Virus record (IMG/VR): IMGVR_UViG_3300036773_000058
Coordinates: 1 to 36,389 of that record
From: a virus
Taxonomy: Duplodnaviria > Caudoviricetes
Strand: one strand, 5' to 3'
DNA length: 36,389 bases
Shown here: piece after piece, positions 25,581 through 35,124 of the stretch
Position numbering within the stretch: position 1 is the stretch's first letter
How the letters are laid out: each line of letters begins with the position of its first letter
Notes under the pieces: generated by a model
Told to the model about the DNA's origin: nothing
Databases searched by the model: none
What the model saw: the letters and a program-made list of their open reading frames with translations, nothing else
Position numbers and translations under genes: made by a program

Positions 25581-26126
25581 TCAGTCCTGAGTGTCGGCGA
25601 GCGTCAGGCGCGGGGTGACCCGGATCTGCTCGTTATTGAACTGAATGGTCACTGGCGAGGCGAAGTACTCGAACCACTGAAGCGCCCCGCCCGAGGTGAG
25701 GGTCACGTAGTAGCCGTAGATGACCTGCGCCGTCTGGTCGGCGCTGGACACGAACGCTTGCTGCGCGTAGGAGCCGGTCGCCGGGTTGCCCGTGGCTGTC
25801 GTCCACGAACCGCCGGTCAGGGCCTTCCCCGAGTAGCCGGTGAAGGTGGCTTCGGTGAAGCTGGCCACCAGCAGGGCATCCTTCTGCACCGTGGTCAGGC
25901 CACTGGTCACATCATTCTTGAACAGTCGGACCGTGTAGTTGGCGGCGAGAATCAGATCAAGGAACGCCTTCTCCCCGCCGTCGGTGACGATAAGAGTCAT
26001 GGGACCTATCTCCATTTCGTTGCTGACATCGGTGACGAAGGCGTTGCCCTGCAAGGCGGCCAGCACCCGGTCGGCCTGGTAGCCGGTCGGGTTGTGAACC
26101 CCGGTGGGGACGGCGAGGGATTGCAT
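25581..26126 (-). CDS. Virion structural/minor tail protein (internal start at 26000 is likely)
   Basis: VRLFKND, EATFTGYS and IYGYYV; GGAGATAGG RBS precedes MTLIVTDGGE. Confidence 0.65.
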   Translation of the reverse strand: MQSLAVPTGVHNPTGYQADRVLAALQGNAFVTDVSNEMEIGPMTLIVTDGGEKAFLDLILAANYTVRLFKNDVTSGLTTVQKDALLVASFTEATFTGYSGKALTGGSWTTATGNPATGSYAQQAFVSSADQTAQVIYGYYVTLTSGGALQWFEYFASPVTIQFNNEQIRVTPRLTLADTQD

Positions 26127-26560
26127 CAGACGGTCACCGTCACCGTGTCCTGATCAACCCGGATGAACGTGAAGCTGACCGTCGTGCCCCACTCCTCGTC
26201 CTTCTCGGAGTAGGCGGTCATCACGCCGTAGAGCACCCGGCCACGGTTGTCCCGGATCACCAGCGTTTGGCGGTACTCGGCGAAGGTCTGGAGGGCGGCG
26301 ATGTCCGCCGCCCACGTCGCACCGAATGGCACGTCGAGGGAGACGGGGAACTGGTCATTCTGGTAGTCGCCGTAGTCATAGACCGGGTACACGCGGCCCG
26401 CGTAGTTGTGGCCCTGGGTTTCCAGGGCGATGGTCGCCGATCGGGTGGCCTTGCCGTAGACGAACTGGCGCACGGTGTCGATCGGGTCCGCCGGGTCGTG
26501 GATCCACACACCCTGGAAGGCGATACCAGCGGTCTGCACGGCGGTGTCGGTGTAGGCCAT
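26126..26560 (-). CDS. Minor tail protein (distal-tail-like)
   Basis: AGRVYPVYDYG and LVIRDNRGR; coupled within the tail operon. Confidence 0.6.
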   Translation of the reverse strand: MAYTDTAVQTAGIAFQGVWIHDPADPIDTVRQFVYGKATRSATIALETQGHNYAGRVYPVYDYGDYQNDQFPVSLDVPFGATWAADIAALQTFAEYRQTLVIRDNRGRVLYGVMTAYSEKDEEWGTTVSFTFIRVDQDTVTVTV

Positions 26561-29265
26561 CAGGCGCTCACCCCTCGCACGAAGTACTCGTAGGTGACGC
26601 CGGAGGCGACCCCGTAGTCCAGGAACGTGCCGCTGCGCACGGCGGTCCCGGCCAGCTCATAGGCGCCGGTGCTGCCCAGGGGGCGCCGGTAGACCTCGTT
26701 AGTGACGACCTCCGGGCGGTTCCCGTCGGGTGTCGGGTTGGTGACCAGGACCAGCACATAGCCCGCGTCGGGGTAGTCCTGGAGGACGAAGGTTGGTGCC
26801 ACGGGCGTGCCGTAGGACGGGGTGATCAGCCGCGTGCCGGTGTTCGAGGACACCCCGGACTGGCGGATCGTGACCTCGATGCGCCACTCAATGTCCGTCG
26901 GCAGGCTCACGGTGGCCGTCGTGGCCGTCGACGTCACCCACCCCGTGGTGGACAGCTGAACGTTGGTCGCGTTGTTATAGACCGCCACCTGGTAGGAGTC
27001 CTGAGTCGCCCCAGTGACCGCCCAGGTGATGTTCCAACTGCTCACATCGTTGGGTGTCGGGTGGTCCGCTGCGGGGCTGGTGATCGTGACCGTGCCACCG
27101 GCGGCGGTGCTGAACGTGGAGAACGGCGAGTAGACGCCTTGGGTGTTCAGCGCGTCCCAGGTTTGCACGCGCCACTGCCACGAGCCCGGATTGCTCAGCG
27201 TCGCGCCGGCCACCGTGCGGGAGGGGGTGGTCGAGGTGACCTTCCCGGTGTCGACAGCCGTCACGCCGACCGACGTGTTGATCTGGAGCTGGTAGGCGGA
27301 CTGGGTGTCCCCGGTATTGGGGTCGTTGAAGGCCCACGCGAAGACCTTCGCCAGCGTGGCGTCGAAGTTGCCCGTTGGGGTCAGCGTCGGCGCGGTCGGC
27401 GCCAGATTGAACTGGTCGGTCACGTAGATCGTGGAGTGCACGCCGCCCGACGTCATGTTCGCCACGGAGATGAGGATCTGGCTGCCGGTCATCGTGCCCC
27501 GGTGGGTCCGCAGCGCCAGGTTCGACGAGCCGGTGGCCCCGACGGTGGCGTTGACCTGGGTCTCGGACCGGTCAGCGAGGCGAGTGGCCAGGTCGACACC
27601 CGTGCGCATCAGCCGGCGGCCGTTGGCGGTGTCGAAGTAGTAGAACCACAGCTTGTTCGAGTGCGGGTCGTAGGCGACGTCCCAGGCGGCGGAGCTGGCC
27701 AGCGTGGCTTCAGCGGGCAGCGACGCGATGCTCTGGGCGGACAGGGCCACGTCCCCGAGCACCGACGACGAGGTGGAGCTACCGATGTTCTCCACGATCA
27801 CGACGCGGGGCCCCACGCCGCTCACGCTGGAGACCGCGACGACGACGTACTGGGTGTCGCTGACCGCGATGACCCGCAGCTTCGAGTTGGCGTCCCGCAC
27901 GGCCTGAGGGGCCGTGTCCCGTTTCGCGGTGTCGCTCACGCCGCTGGCACCGGTGGCCAGGGTGTACCGGGACTGTGAGGTGTCCCCCACCCCGCCCAGG
28001 TCGGCGGAGTGGTTGTAGGACGCGACGTAGCCACGCAGGGCGGAGCTGCCGTGGATGTCGAGGCCCGTGCCGGTGGGGTTGTGGTAGCTGACCAGGTCCG
28101 ACGTGGCTGGCACGTCCAGCAGAGTGCTGACGAAGCCGGAGCCGCGCTTCAGCGTGCCCGACCCGGCGAGCAGCGTGTCGCAGCTGATCAGCGTCCAGTA
28201 CTGCTGACCGACGAAGTTGCCGTCAGCGCCAGACCCGGCGTGCGCGAACACCGCCGCGATCGTGCCCGCTGTGCCGCCCGCTGAGTGCCACGTGGCGGCC
28301 ACATCGGTCAGGTAGGAGGGGTCAGGCGACAGGGTGTCCTCGACCATCGCGGCAGCGGTCCACGTGTGGCCGACGCCCTTGACGTACGCCTTCCCCGCGT
28401 TGACGACGCCCGCCGCGCTACTGCGGCCAGCTCGCCCCAGCACGTAGAGGTTGTCTGCCGCGTCGCGCACCAGCGCGAAGTTCTGCATGCCCGACGGTGA
28501 GTCGACACCGAAGGTGCCGCTGGTGGTCCCGGTGGGCACGGTCGCGACTGTGGAGGCGGTGGTGCCGTCATGGAACCGCAGCGCCACGGTGGGGCTCGAC
28601 GCTGACGCGGTGGACTCCAGGAAGGCGTGGGTGCCGTCGGAGAGCTGGACCTGCGCGCCGAGCACGCGGTGCAGTGCCGACAGGGGCGCGGTGGTGTAGA
28701 TCAGCGCCGGGTCTTGCGCCGTGCCCGACGCAGCAGGCCCGTTGAATGAGACGTACTCGCGGATGTTCGCACCGGGGGCGAACTGCTGCCTCTGGCGACT
28801 GGAGTTGGCGACCGTCCGAAGTTCCCCAGTCGTGCCCAGGCGAGTGAGCAGCGTCGGGGAGCTAGCCCGCCACTTGCCGCCACTGTTCTGTACGCCGACC
28901 ACAGTGCCGAGCAGGCTCAGCGCGTTGAGTTGGCTCGGTGTGCGCCAGTCGGCGCCGGAGACGCTGGTGCCCCAGTCGTACTCTCGGATCTCCAGGTCCC
29001 GACTCGGGGTTCCGGTGGCGGTGTAGACCGTGAACTCGAAGTAGGCGCTGGTGATCTGCGAGGCGGTGTCCAAGGTGTAGGCGTACCGGGTGAACGCCTC
29101 GGTCAAGAGGTAGGAGCTGCCGTCGTAGTCCTGGTCGGAAGCAACGTAGTCGTAGCTTGAGAACACGTCGACGCTAGCGCCGTTGAGCGCGGCGGAGTAG
29201 CTGCTGAAGCTGACCGTCGACAGATCATCTGAGGAAGCGTCCGCGTAGGAGATCACCGTGGTCAT
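26560..29265 (-). CDS. Large minor tail protein with C-terminal Ig/FN3-like domains
   Basis: 901 aa, Ser/Thr-rich; DTQSAYQL, WRVQTWD and GVTYEYFVR. Confidence 0.75.
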   Translation of the reverse strand: MTTVISYADASSDDLSTVSFSSYSAALNGASVDVFSSYDYVASDQDYDGSSYLLTEAFTRYAYTLDTASQITSAYFEFTVYTATGTPSRDLEIREYDWGTSVSGADWRTPSQLNALSLLGTVVGVQNSGGKWRASSPTLLTRLGTTGELRTVANSSRQRQQFAPGANIREYVSFNGPAASGTAQDPALIYTTAPLSALHRVLGAQVQLSDGTHAFLESTASASSPTVALRFHDGTTASTVATVPTGTTSGTFGVDSPSGMQNFALVRDAADNLYVLGRAGRSSAAGVVNAGKAYVKGVGHTWTAAAMVEDTLSPDPSYLTDVAATWHSAGGTAGTIAAVFAHAGSGADGNFVGQQYWTLISCDTLLAGSGTLKRGSGFVSTLLDVPATSDLVSYHNPTGTGLDIHGSSALRGYVASYNHSADLGGVGDTSQSRYTLATGASGVSDTAKRDTAPQAVRDANSKLRVIAVSDTQYVVVAVSSVSGVGPRVVIVENIGSSTSSSVLGDVALSAQSIASLPAEATLASSAAWDVAYDPHSNKLWFYYFDTANGRRLMRTGVDLATRLADRSETQVNATVGATGSSNLALRTHRGTMTGSQILISVANMTSGGVHSTIYVTDQFNLAPTAPTLTPTGNFDATLAKVFAWAFNDPNTGDTQSAYQLQINTSVGVTAVDTGKVTSTTPSRTVAGATLSNPGSWQWRVQTWDALNTQGVYSPFSTFSTAAGGTVTITSPAADHPTPNDVSSWNITWAVTGATQDSYQVAVYNNATNVQLSTTGWVTSTATTATVSLPTDIEWRIEVTIRQSGVSSNTGTRLITPSYGTPVAPTFVLQDYPDAGYVLVLVTNPTPDGNRPEVVTNEVYRRPLGSTGAYELAGTAVRSGTFLDYGVASGVTYEYFVRGVSA

Positions 29266-29762
29266 CGCTGCGCACCGCCCTGACCTGCGATGGCTTCGGC
29301 GATGGCCGCGAGTGGGTCTTCTCGAAACGTGCGGGTCACCATGCGGCCGTCGCGTCGCTTAGAGGTCACGACGATGTCCCCAGCGGGGTCCTCGACCAGC
29401 ATCGGCGGGTTGATGATCCGAAAATGCGGGTCGCCGCCCACCGTGGCCCCGTCGGCGTAGATGTCCACGTAAGAGACGTCGTCTGCCTCGCCGTAGTCGA
29501 TGCGACTGATCACCACGTCGGTGTCGCTGCCCCGTGGTCGCAGCGTGAGCGCGCCCTTGCCGTTTTTGCCGGGGTGGCTCGCGAACAGCCGCACGAGCAC
29601 GCGGGCCTTGATCTGACGGGCCGCCATCTGCCGGATCGGGTCATCGGGGCCGGCGTCGAGCACGGCCTTGAGGATGTCGCGGACCGTGACGCCCTTGCGC
29701 CCCAGCTGGGCGTCCACGATTGCCTTGATTGCCGCCTTCGTCGCCGGGTCGAGCTTCGGCAT
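29262..29762 (-). CDS. Hypothetical protein following the tape measure gene
   Basis: 166 aa, coupled on both sides; DPHFRIINPP. Confidence 0.7.
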   Translation of the reverse strand: MPKLDPATKAAIKAIVDAQLGRKGVTVRDILKAVLDAGPDDPIRQMAARQIKARVLVRLFASHPGKNGKGALTLRPRGSDTDVVISRIDYGEADDVSYVDIYADGATVGGDPHFRIINPPMLVEDPAGDIVVTSKRRDGRMVTRTFREDPLAAIAEAIAGQGGAQR

Positions 29763-32662
29763 TACGCCACCCTTCCTGCGGACGCTGTGGTGGCCCTGGC
29801 GACCTGCTGGACCCGGTCAAAGAACTGCACAACGCCCTGCATCTCGGCGACGGACTTGGCGTCGAGGGTCACGTGGAAGTGGTTCGTGACCTGCCCACCG
29901 CCGCCCGGCCCGCCGAGTAGCTGGTCGAGCCGGGCCGTCTGAGTGGCATTGAGAACCCGCTCGGGCTGCCCCGTGGAGTTCCGCACGAGGGACAGCCCCG
30001 TGGGGAGCAGGCCGCCCGCGTCGTAGCCCTTCGGCGGCAGGTTCGGGTTGGCCTGCTGCACGTTGAAAATCGACCCGTAGCGGGCCTTGATGTAGTTGAT
30101 GCCGGCCGCGATGTTCGCCACCGGGTCGGTGATGTTCCACGACGTGCCGGGCTGGTGGTAGGCGTTGAACGTGCTCGGAATGGTCTGCATGAGGCCCTGC
30201 GAGGGGTGCCCAGCGGCAGCGTTGGAGTCGGTGCGGTTGATCGCATTCGGGTTGCCGCCGGACTCGCGACCGATGAGCACGGACAGCGGCCCGGCCCACG
30301 ACTCCGGGGTGCCCGTGAGCCCCAGGGCTTGCTGGATCCACCCGGCGAGGTTCGGGGAGCCGGTGAACGCGGCGCTAAACGACTGCATGGCCTTATCGAC
30401 GAGGGCTTGGACGCCGCCGACCATCTTGTGACCGAGCCCGGCGGCGATGCTGCGGTACACCCCTGCCTGCATGCCGCTGACCAGCTGGTCGATGATCCCG
30501 TTGAGCGCGCCCGCACCACCGCTGATCCAACTGTCGACGGCGCCGAGGACCCCTCCGCTGGCCATGAGCTTGGCGCCCAATGACTGGTAGAGGGCCAGAG
30601 CGTTGCCACGGTGGGCGGGGTCGGTGGGGATGACGTACTCGGGGTGGTTCTGGTTGCCCTCGCCGACGATGGCCATGGGGCCGTTGGTCTGGAATCCGCC
30701 GCCCACGGTGCCACCGGAGGCCAGCATCGGAATGGAAGGAATGGTGGGGATCAGGAAAAACTTGAGGATCGCGTCGATGTCGTCGATGACGAAACGGTTA
30801 GCGAGGCCGATGACCGCGTTGATCCCGGCCTTAAATGCGTTGATGACGTCATTCCAGATGCCCTGAGCGATGCCCGTAATCCTGCCCCAGATACTCTGGA
30901 AGTCACCGACTATGCCATTCCACACACCGGAGAAAAAGCCCTTAAAGGTGTTGAACGCGCCAGTCAGGAAGCCATTTATGCTGTTCCACACGTTGGTCGC
31001 GGTGCTGGAGATGGCGTTCCACACGCCGGTGAACACGCTGCTCACAGCGTTCCAGACGGTCTCGAACAGCGACCGGAAAGCATTGAGCGCGGGGGTCAGG
31101 AACGCGACAATCGCATTCCACACGGTCTCTACGGTGTTCCTTATGGCATTCCAGACGGTGGTGAAGAACGCGCTGATCGCATTCCAGATCGAGGTCGCCG
31201 TGTCTCGAATGCTATTCCAGATGCCGGTCAGGAAGTCCCGAATAGCGGTGTAAATCGGGATGATCAGGTCTTTGTGCGCGTTCCACAGCCGAGTCAGGTA
31301 ATCCGTGATCGCATTCCACACGGTCGTGGTCACGTCACGAATGAAGTTCCAAATGGCGGAGAAGAAATCGCGGATCGCATTGAATATAGTCGTGGCGGTG
31401 TCTCGCAGCTGATTCCAGCGCGCGACGAAGTAGCCCGTGATGCTGTCCCAGACGCCGACTAGGAAGTCCTTCACCGCATTGAACACCGACATAGCGGTGG
31501 CCTTGATCCAACCCCACACCTCGTCGAGCACGGCCTTGACCTGCTGCCAGTGCGTAACGATCAGTACGGTGGCCGCGATGAGAGCACCTATGGCCAGCAC
31601 AATCAGCCCTATCGGGTTCGCGTCCATCGCAGCGTTCACCGCCCACTGAGCAATGGCCCACAGGCGCCACAGGACGAGCGCCGACTCGATGATAGGTATC
31701 AGCTCGGGCACATTCTGGATCAGCTTGAGAATCCACCCAGTGACGGCGGCCAGGGCGGAGATCATGTTCGGACTGAACCCCGGCGCGTTCGCTATCTGGA
31801 GGAAGATGCCCACGATGTTCTTTACGACCTGCCACAGGGAGCTGAAAGCGTCGATACCCGTCTGGATCCACTCGTGAATCTTCCCGGTATCGCGGGCGTT
31901 CTGGATGAAGTCGGCCGCTTTCGTGGCAGACGTCGCGAATCCGCTAGCGAGGCCCGGCAGGAACGACGCCCCCACGACGCCGATGTTCTTGAGCATGTCG
32001 AGGACTGGCGTAAGCGCCCGACCCATGTCCCACGTCGCAGTAGAGGAGTCGGCCATCATGGTCTTCACGTCGCCCAGCGTCCGACTCGACGTGATCCAGG
32101 TCGCGAAATTACGGACCATTCCGTTAAACACGGTGGACATGGAGTCCATGCCGGTGCGCAATACAGGCAGGTCGGTCTTGGCGACGGTCTTAATAACGTC
32201 CGACATGCCAGCGAATAGCCGGTTCTGGACGTCCATCCTGACCGAGTCCCACGCCGGACCCAGCCCGCGAACGGTCAGAGCAGCGGCCCTGGCGTTCGGC
32301 GAGAGGTCGGCCAGTGCCTCGTTCGCCTTCTTGAGCTGAGCCGGGGTGTCGCCGGTCTTCAGGGAGTCGGCAAAGCTCGTCATCCCCACCTTGAGGGTGC
32401 CGTAGGCCAGGCCCGCCGCCCCGGCCGCCGCCGGCACCAGCCCGAGTACGCCGGACAGCTGGGTGACGGCGGCGATGCTAGGCATGATGAACGGCGCCAG
32501 GTTGGCCATGAGGCCGCCCAGGGCGCCCTTATCGACCTTCAGGCCGACCTTGATTTCCTGGCCGGCCCCGGCTTCTTTGACGTCGCGGCTTACTTCATCC
32601 CGCAGCCCGGTCGCGTCGGACTTGACCGAAACGAACGCCTCAGCGATCTTAAAACCGCTCAT
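29762..32662 (-). CDS. Tape measure protein with C-terminal lytic transglycosylase (SLT) domain
   Basis: AMDANPIGL, 11-residue Trp-periodic repeats, RESGGNPNAIN...GLMQTIPSTF...NIAAGINY. Confidence 0.93.
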   Translation of the reverse strand: MSGFKIAEAFVSVKSDATGLRDEVSRDVKEAGAGQEIKVGLKVDKGALGGLMANLAPFIMPSIAAVTQLSGVLGLVPAAAGAAGLAYGTLKVGMTSFADSLKTGDTPAQLKKANEALADLSPNARAAALTVRGLGPAWDSVRMDVQNRLFAGMSDVIKTVAKTDLPVLRTGMDSMSTVFNGMVRNFATWITSSRTLGDVKTMMADSSTATWDMGRALTPVLDMLKNIGVVGASFLPGLASGFATSATKAADFIQNARDTGKIHEWIQTGIDAFSSLWQVVKNIVGIFLQIANAPGFSPNMISALAAVTGWILKLIQNVPELIPIIESALVLWRLWAIAQWAVNAAMDANPIGLIVLAIGALIAATVLIVTHWQQVKAVLDEVWGWIKATAMSVFNAVKDFLVGVWDSITGYFVARWNQLRDTATTIFNAIRDFFSAIWNFIRDVTTTVWNAITDYLTRLWNAHKDLIIPIYTAIRDFLTGIWNSIRDTATSIWNAISAFFTTVWNAIRNTVETVWNAIVAFLTPALNAFRSLFETVWNAVSSVFTGVWNAISSTATNVWNSINGFLTGAFNTFKGFFSGVWNGIVGDFQSIWGRITGIAQGIWNDVINAFKAGINAVIGLANRFVIDDIDAILKFFLIPTIPSIPMLASGGTVGGGFQTNGPMAIVGEGNQNHPEYVIPTDPAHRGNALALYQSLGAKLMASGGVLGAVDSWISGGAGALNGIIDQLVSGMQAGVYRSIAAGLGHKMVGGVQALVDKAMQSFSAAFTGSPNLAGWIQQALGLTGTPESWAGPLSVLIGRESGGNPNAINRTDSNAAAGHPSQGLMQTIPSTFNAYHQPGTSWNITDPVANIAAGINYIKARYGSIFNVQQANPNLPPKGYDAGGLLPTGLSLVRNSTGQPERVLNATQTARLDQLLGGPGGGGQVTNHFHVTLDAKSVAEMQGVVQFFDRVQQVARATTASAGRVA

Positions 32663-32940
32663 CAGCCCGACCCCCAGGACACGAGCTGCCCGAGTGCGGG
32701 ATCGGCCGAGATGGCTTCCCTACTGCTGTCCACGTGCCTCACCTCGCTCTCATTCCGGCGGCTGCTACCGCTGGCCGTCTCTTGCTGTGCCATCGCCCTG
32801 GCGGCCATCACGCCCTGGTAGGCGAACACCCGAATCGCCAGGGATAGGAACCGTGGCCCCGTGAGTTCGCCGATGTCGTCGATTCGGTAGAAGACAAGGA
32901 AGTCGGCCTCCAGATCGGCGAGATGGTCGAGGACCCACAT
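32662..32940 (-). CDS. Tail assembly chaperone, -1 frameshift extension (gpGT-like)
   Basis: Lies in the -1 frame relative to the upstream ORF and is open from the slippery site. Confidence 0.8.
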   Translation of the reverse strand: MWVLDHLADLEADFLVFYRIDDIGELTGPRFLSLAIRVFAYQGVMAARAMAQQETASGSSRRNESEVRHVDSSREAISADPALGQLVSWGSG

Positions 32941-32948
32941 GGTTTGCT

Positions 32949-33260
32949 CTAGCCGCGCGGTCCTTTCCCTTTTCCCGCTTCCACCGCCCCCATGACGTTG
33001 TCGTGCACGACCTTCATAATCGCTTCGAGGTCTTCGACCTCAAGGTCGGCGCAGTTCGTCAGGGCGTCGTAGGCCGTCGTGCCGAGCACGTTCTCTAGCG
33101 CCCACCCCATTGCAGCGTCCTGGCCGTGCGTGCGGGTCATCTTCATGTAGCCCAGAGCCATACCGGCCCCGACCTTCACGGGCATCTGGTAGACCGTGCC
33201 GTCGATGGAGAACAGGTCCACCATCTCCCGCTCGGCGGGCTTGCTCTTGAGTTCAATCAT
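32949..33260 (-). CDS. Tail assembly chaperone (gpG-like)
   Basis: Between the major tail and tape measure genes; slippery heptamer near the 3' end. Confidence 0.85.
   Translation of the reverse strand: MIELKSKPAEREMVDLFSIDGTVYQMPVKVGAGMALGYMKMTRTHGQDAAMGWALENVLGTTAYDALTNCADLEVEDLEAIMKVVHDNVMGAVEAGKGKGPRG
32970..32976 (-). other. Programmed -1 ribosomal frameshift site G GGA AAA
   Basis: Canonical X XXY YYZ in the correct phase. The -1 frame reads R-E-R-T-A-R-L-E-Q-T into MWVLDHL. Confidence 0.85.
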
Positions 33261-33271
33261 GTGCTGACCCC

Positions 33272-33832
33272 TTAGCTGGTCTGGTCAACCACGTGGAATG
33301 GGGTGATGGAACTGGAGACGTAGTGACCGGCGAAGCTGACCGGGATGTACGTTTCCTTGTCCTTCGCATAGGACGACTTGAGACTCGACGTGTTCAGCGC
33401 CTTGCGGATGATGACCCGACGCCGGAAACCGGCCGGTGCATAACCGTCCAAGATCACCGCCACATAGGTGGGCTGCGTAGCGCTGGTGACGTTCAGCGGG
33501 TCGAGAGTGGCGTATCCCGAGCCGGTGGCCGACGTGCCGCCGTTCATGGCCAGCGACAGGTTCGCCAGGGTCGGCTCTGCGAGGTTGGTGTCGACCATGA
33601 TCTCGCGCTGAGTGAGCCGGCGCCCCAGGGAGTCCACGACCTGATCCACGGTGAGTTCGGTGAACTTCTGGTCGATGGTCAGCGTCGCACCGCCGTCGGT
33701 GGCGCCCAGGTCGGTCCAGGCGGACACCTGTGGGGTGGTGTTGACGGCGGAGTCGGTTGGCTCGGTGGCACCGAATGCACCGCTGTAGAGGGTGCCCGGC
33801 CCCAGGATCAGGTTGGTGGCGGTGATGGACAT
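33272..33832 (-). CDS. Major tail (tube) protein
   Basis: NLILGPGTLY, WTDLGATDGG and VDQ; position in the tail operon. Confidence 0.88.
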   Translation of the reverse strand: MSITATNLILGPGTLYSGAFGATEPTDSAVNTTPQVSAWTDLGATDGGATLTIDQKFTELTVDQVVDSLGRRLTQREIMVDTNLAEPTLANLSLAMNGGTSATGSGYATLDPLNVTSATQPTYVAVILDGYAPAGFRRRVIIRKALNTSSLKSSYAKDKETYIPVSFAGHYVSSSITPFHVVDQTS

Positions 33833-33835
33833 GAC

Positions 33836-34006
33836 TTAGCTCGCCTTCTCTGCGGAATTGGTGACATCGGCCGGGAGGGAAACACCCTCCGGCAGCCGCT
33901 TCGGTGCGCTGTTGTCCACCAGGAGCCCCTGGCGCGACAGATCGGTGTACTCGGCTGCGTCGACGTCCAGCTCGACGTCAGGGCGTTGCGTGGTGCGGAC
34001 CTTCAT
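33836..34006 (-). CDS. 56-aa hypothetical protein (not in the ORF track)
   Basis: MKVRTTQRPDVELDVDAAEYTDLSRQGLLV...; ATGA overlap; fills the gap before the major tail gene. Confidence 0.65.
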   Translation of the reverse strand: MKVRTTQRPDVELDVDAAEYTDLSRQGLLVDNSAPKRLPEGVSLPADVTNSAEKAS

Positions 34007-34224
34007 CGGAAGTCGCCTCTCTGTAGGGGGAACCGGACGGCGGCCATTTCGGGGTGCTGGGCGATGGGCAGCGTCTGCTCCGGCGGGATGTGCGACGGCA
34101 GGGTCACAACCCGCCCACCGGGGATGAGGTACTCCAATTCGGCCTGTGAGTCGTGCACGAGCACCCGGCCGCCGTAGCTGGCCAGTTCACCGGAGATCGC
34201 GCCCACAAGGGCGTAGCGGCTCAT
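34003..34224 (-). CDS. Hypothetical protein
   Basis: ATG at 34224 overlaps the upstream stop; GGRVLVHDS.AELEYL. Confidence 0.65.
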   Translation of the reverse strand: MSRYALVGAISGELASYGGRVLVHDSQAELEYLIPGGRVVTLPSHIPPEQTLPIAQHPEMAAVRFPLQRGDFR

Positions 34225-34373
34225 TTGGCGGCCCTCTTCTCGGCGTCGTGCAACGATTTGCACGGCTTGCACTTCGCCGACCCGGTAGCGAACGCCGTCA
34301 GCGCCTTGACCACGCTGCACCGCGTGCACCGGCGCAAGCCCCGCCTCTCCAGCGCCTGCCTCTCCAGGGTCAC
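34221..34373 (-). CDS. 50-aa Zn-finger peptide
   Basis: CTRC...CKPC; GTGA/ATGA coupling on both sides. Confidence 0.55.
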   Translation of the reverse strand: MTLERQALERRGLRRCTRCSVVKALTAFATGSAKCKPCKSLHDAEKRAAK

Positions 34374-34819
34374 GACAGGTCCACCCAGTTCAGCGCCAGG
34401 TCGGTCGTGTAGCGGGCGTAGTCGCCCTGGTCGCCGTACGCCCGGCGCGGTTCGCTCACCAGGTAGGCGGAGTGCACGCGGGCCTGGCCGTAGTTCGTCG
34501 GCAGCGTCACGGTCCGGGCGGCGTCCACCGCACGACACCCGACGTCGAGCAGTTCGGCCAGGTAGTTCGCCAGGAACCACGGCGGCTTCGCTGAGGTCGG
34601 CCGCACCCCCCAGGTGTCCACCGTGACCACCGGGTTGCGCATCGGCACGTGAATGCCGGGTGCGCCGCCGGAGGCCCGCACGGTGACGAACCCGGTAGCT
34701 GACCAGCTGGTCGTGTCCTTCGGCAGGGTCGCGCCCACCATGCCGGCCGACAGTCCCGTCACGCCGGCCAGCCACGCCAGGGCCACCAGCTCGGTGTTCG
34801 CGCGCAGAGTCGTCATCAC
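34370..34819 (-). CDS. Tail terminator protein
   Basis: Position before the major tail gene; PVVTVDTW and ARYTTDL. Confidence 0.75.
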   Translation of the reverse strand: MMTTLRANTELVALAWLAGVTGLSAGMVGATLPKDTTSWSATGFVTVRASGGAPGIHVPMRNPVVTVDTWGVRPTSAKPPWFLANYLAELLDVGCRAVDAARTVTLPTNYGQARVHSAYLVSEPRRAYGDQGDYARYTTDLALNWVDLS

Positions 34820-35124
34820 GCGCCACGCGGCTTGTAGAGGGCCGGACGGAGGTAGGGCTGCGGCGGCTCGAACTTGCCTGTCTCGTGGCCCCAGGCGACG
34901 ATGCGGTGGCCCTCCTCGACATACCCGGCGTAGTCGAGGTCCGACCCGATGCGCACCTCGTCGCCTTCCACGCTGTGATGCAGCGAGTCGCGCAGCTTCC
35001 CGGTGTCCACGGGGCAGTTGGCCTTGGCGTCGGCCTCGATCTCGACGCCCAGCTTCTCCAGCAGCTCCGCCTGCGGGACGTCGAGGTTCCGCTCCCAGTC
35101 GGGGTCGAACACGATCCGAGTCAC
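34816..35124 (-). CDS. HK97 gp10-like neck/tail-completion protein
   Basis: AKANCPVDTGKLRDS, YAGYVEEG and PQPYLRPAL. Confidence 0.88.
   Translation of the reverse strand: MTRIVFDPDWERNLDVPQAELLEKLGVEIEADAKANCPVDTGKLRDSLHHSVEGDEVRIGSDLDYAGYVEEGHRIVAWGHETGKFEPPQPYLRPALYKPRGA

Noticed and set aside
26326-27978. Long plus-strand ORFs antisense to structural genes (also 436..1143, 2957..3886 and others)
   Set aside because: These are shadow ORFs expected in high-GC DNA, with no motifs or RBS, opposite well-supported genes.
30850-31560. Periodic TTCCA repeats and lower GC in the tape measure gene
   Set aside because: Explained by the ordinary 11-residue Trp-periodic repeats of tape measure proteins.
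32963-32969. Second slippery-like heptamer GGGAAAG
   Set aside because: It is in the wrong codon phase for tandem -1 slippage from the chaperone frame.
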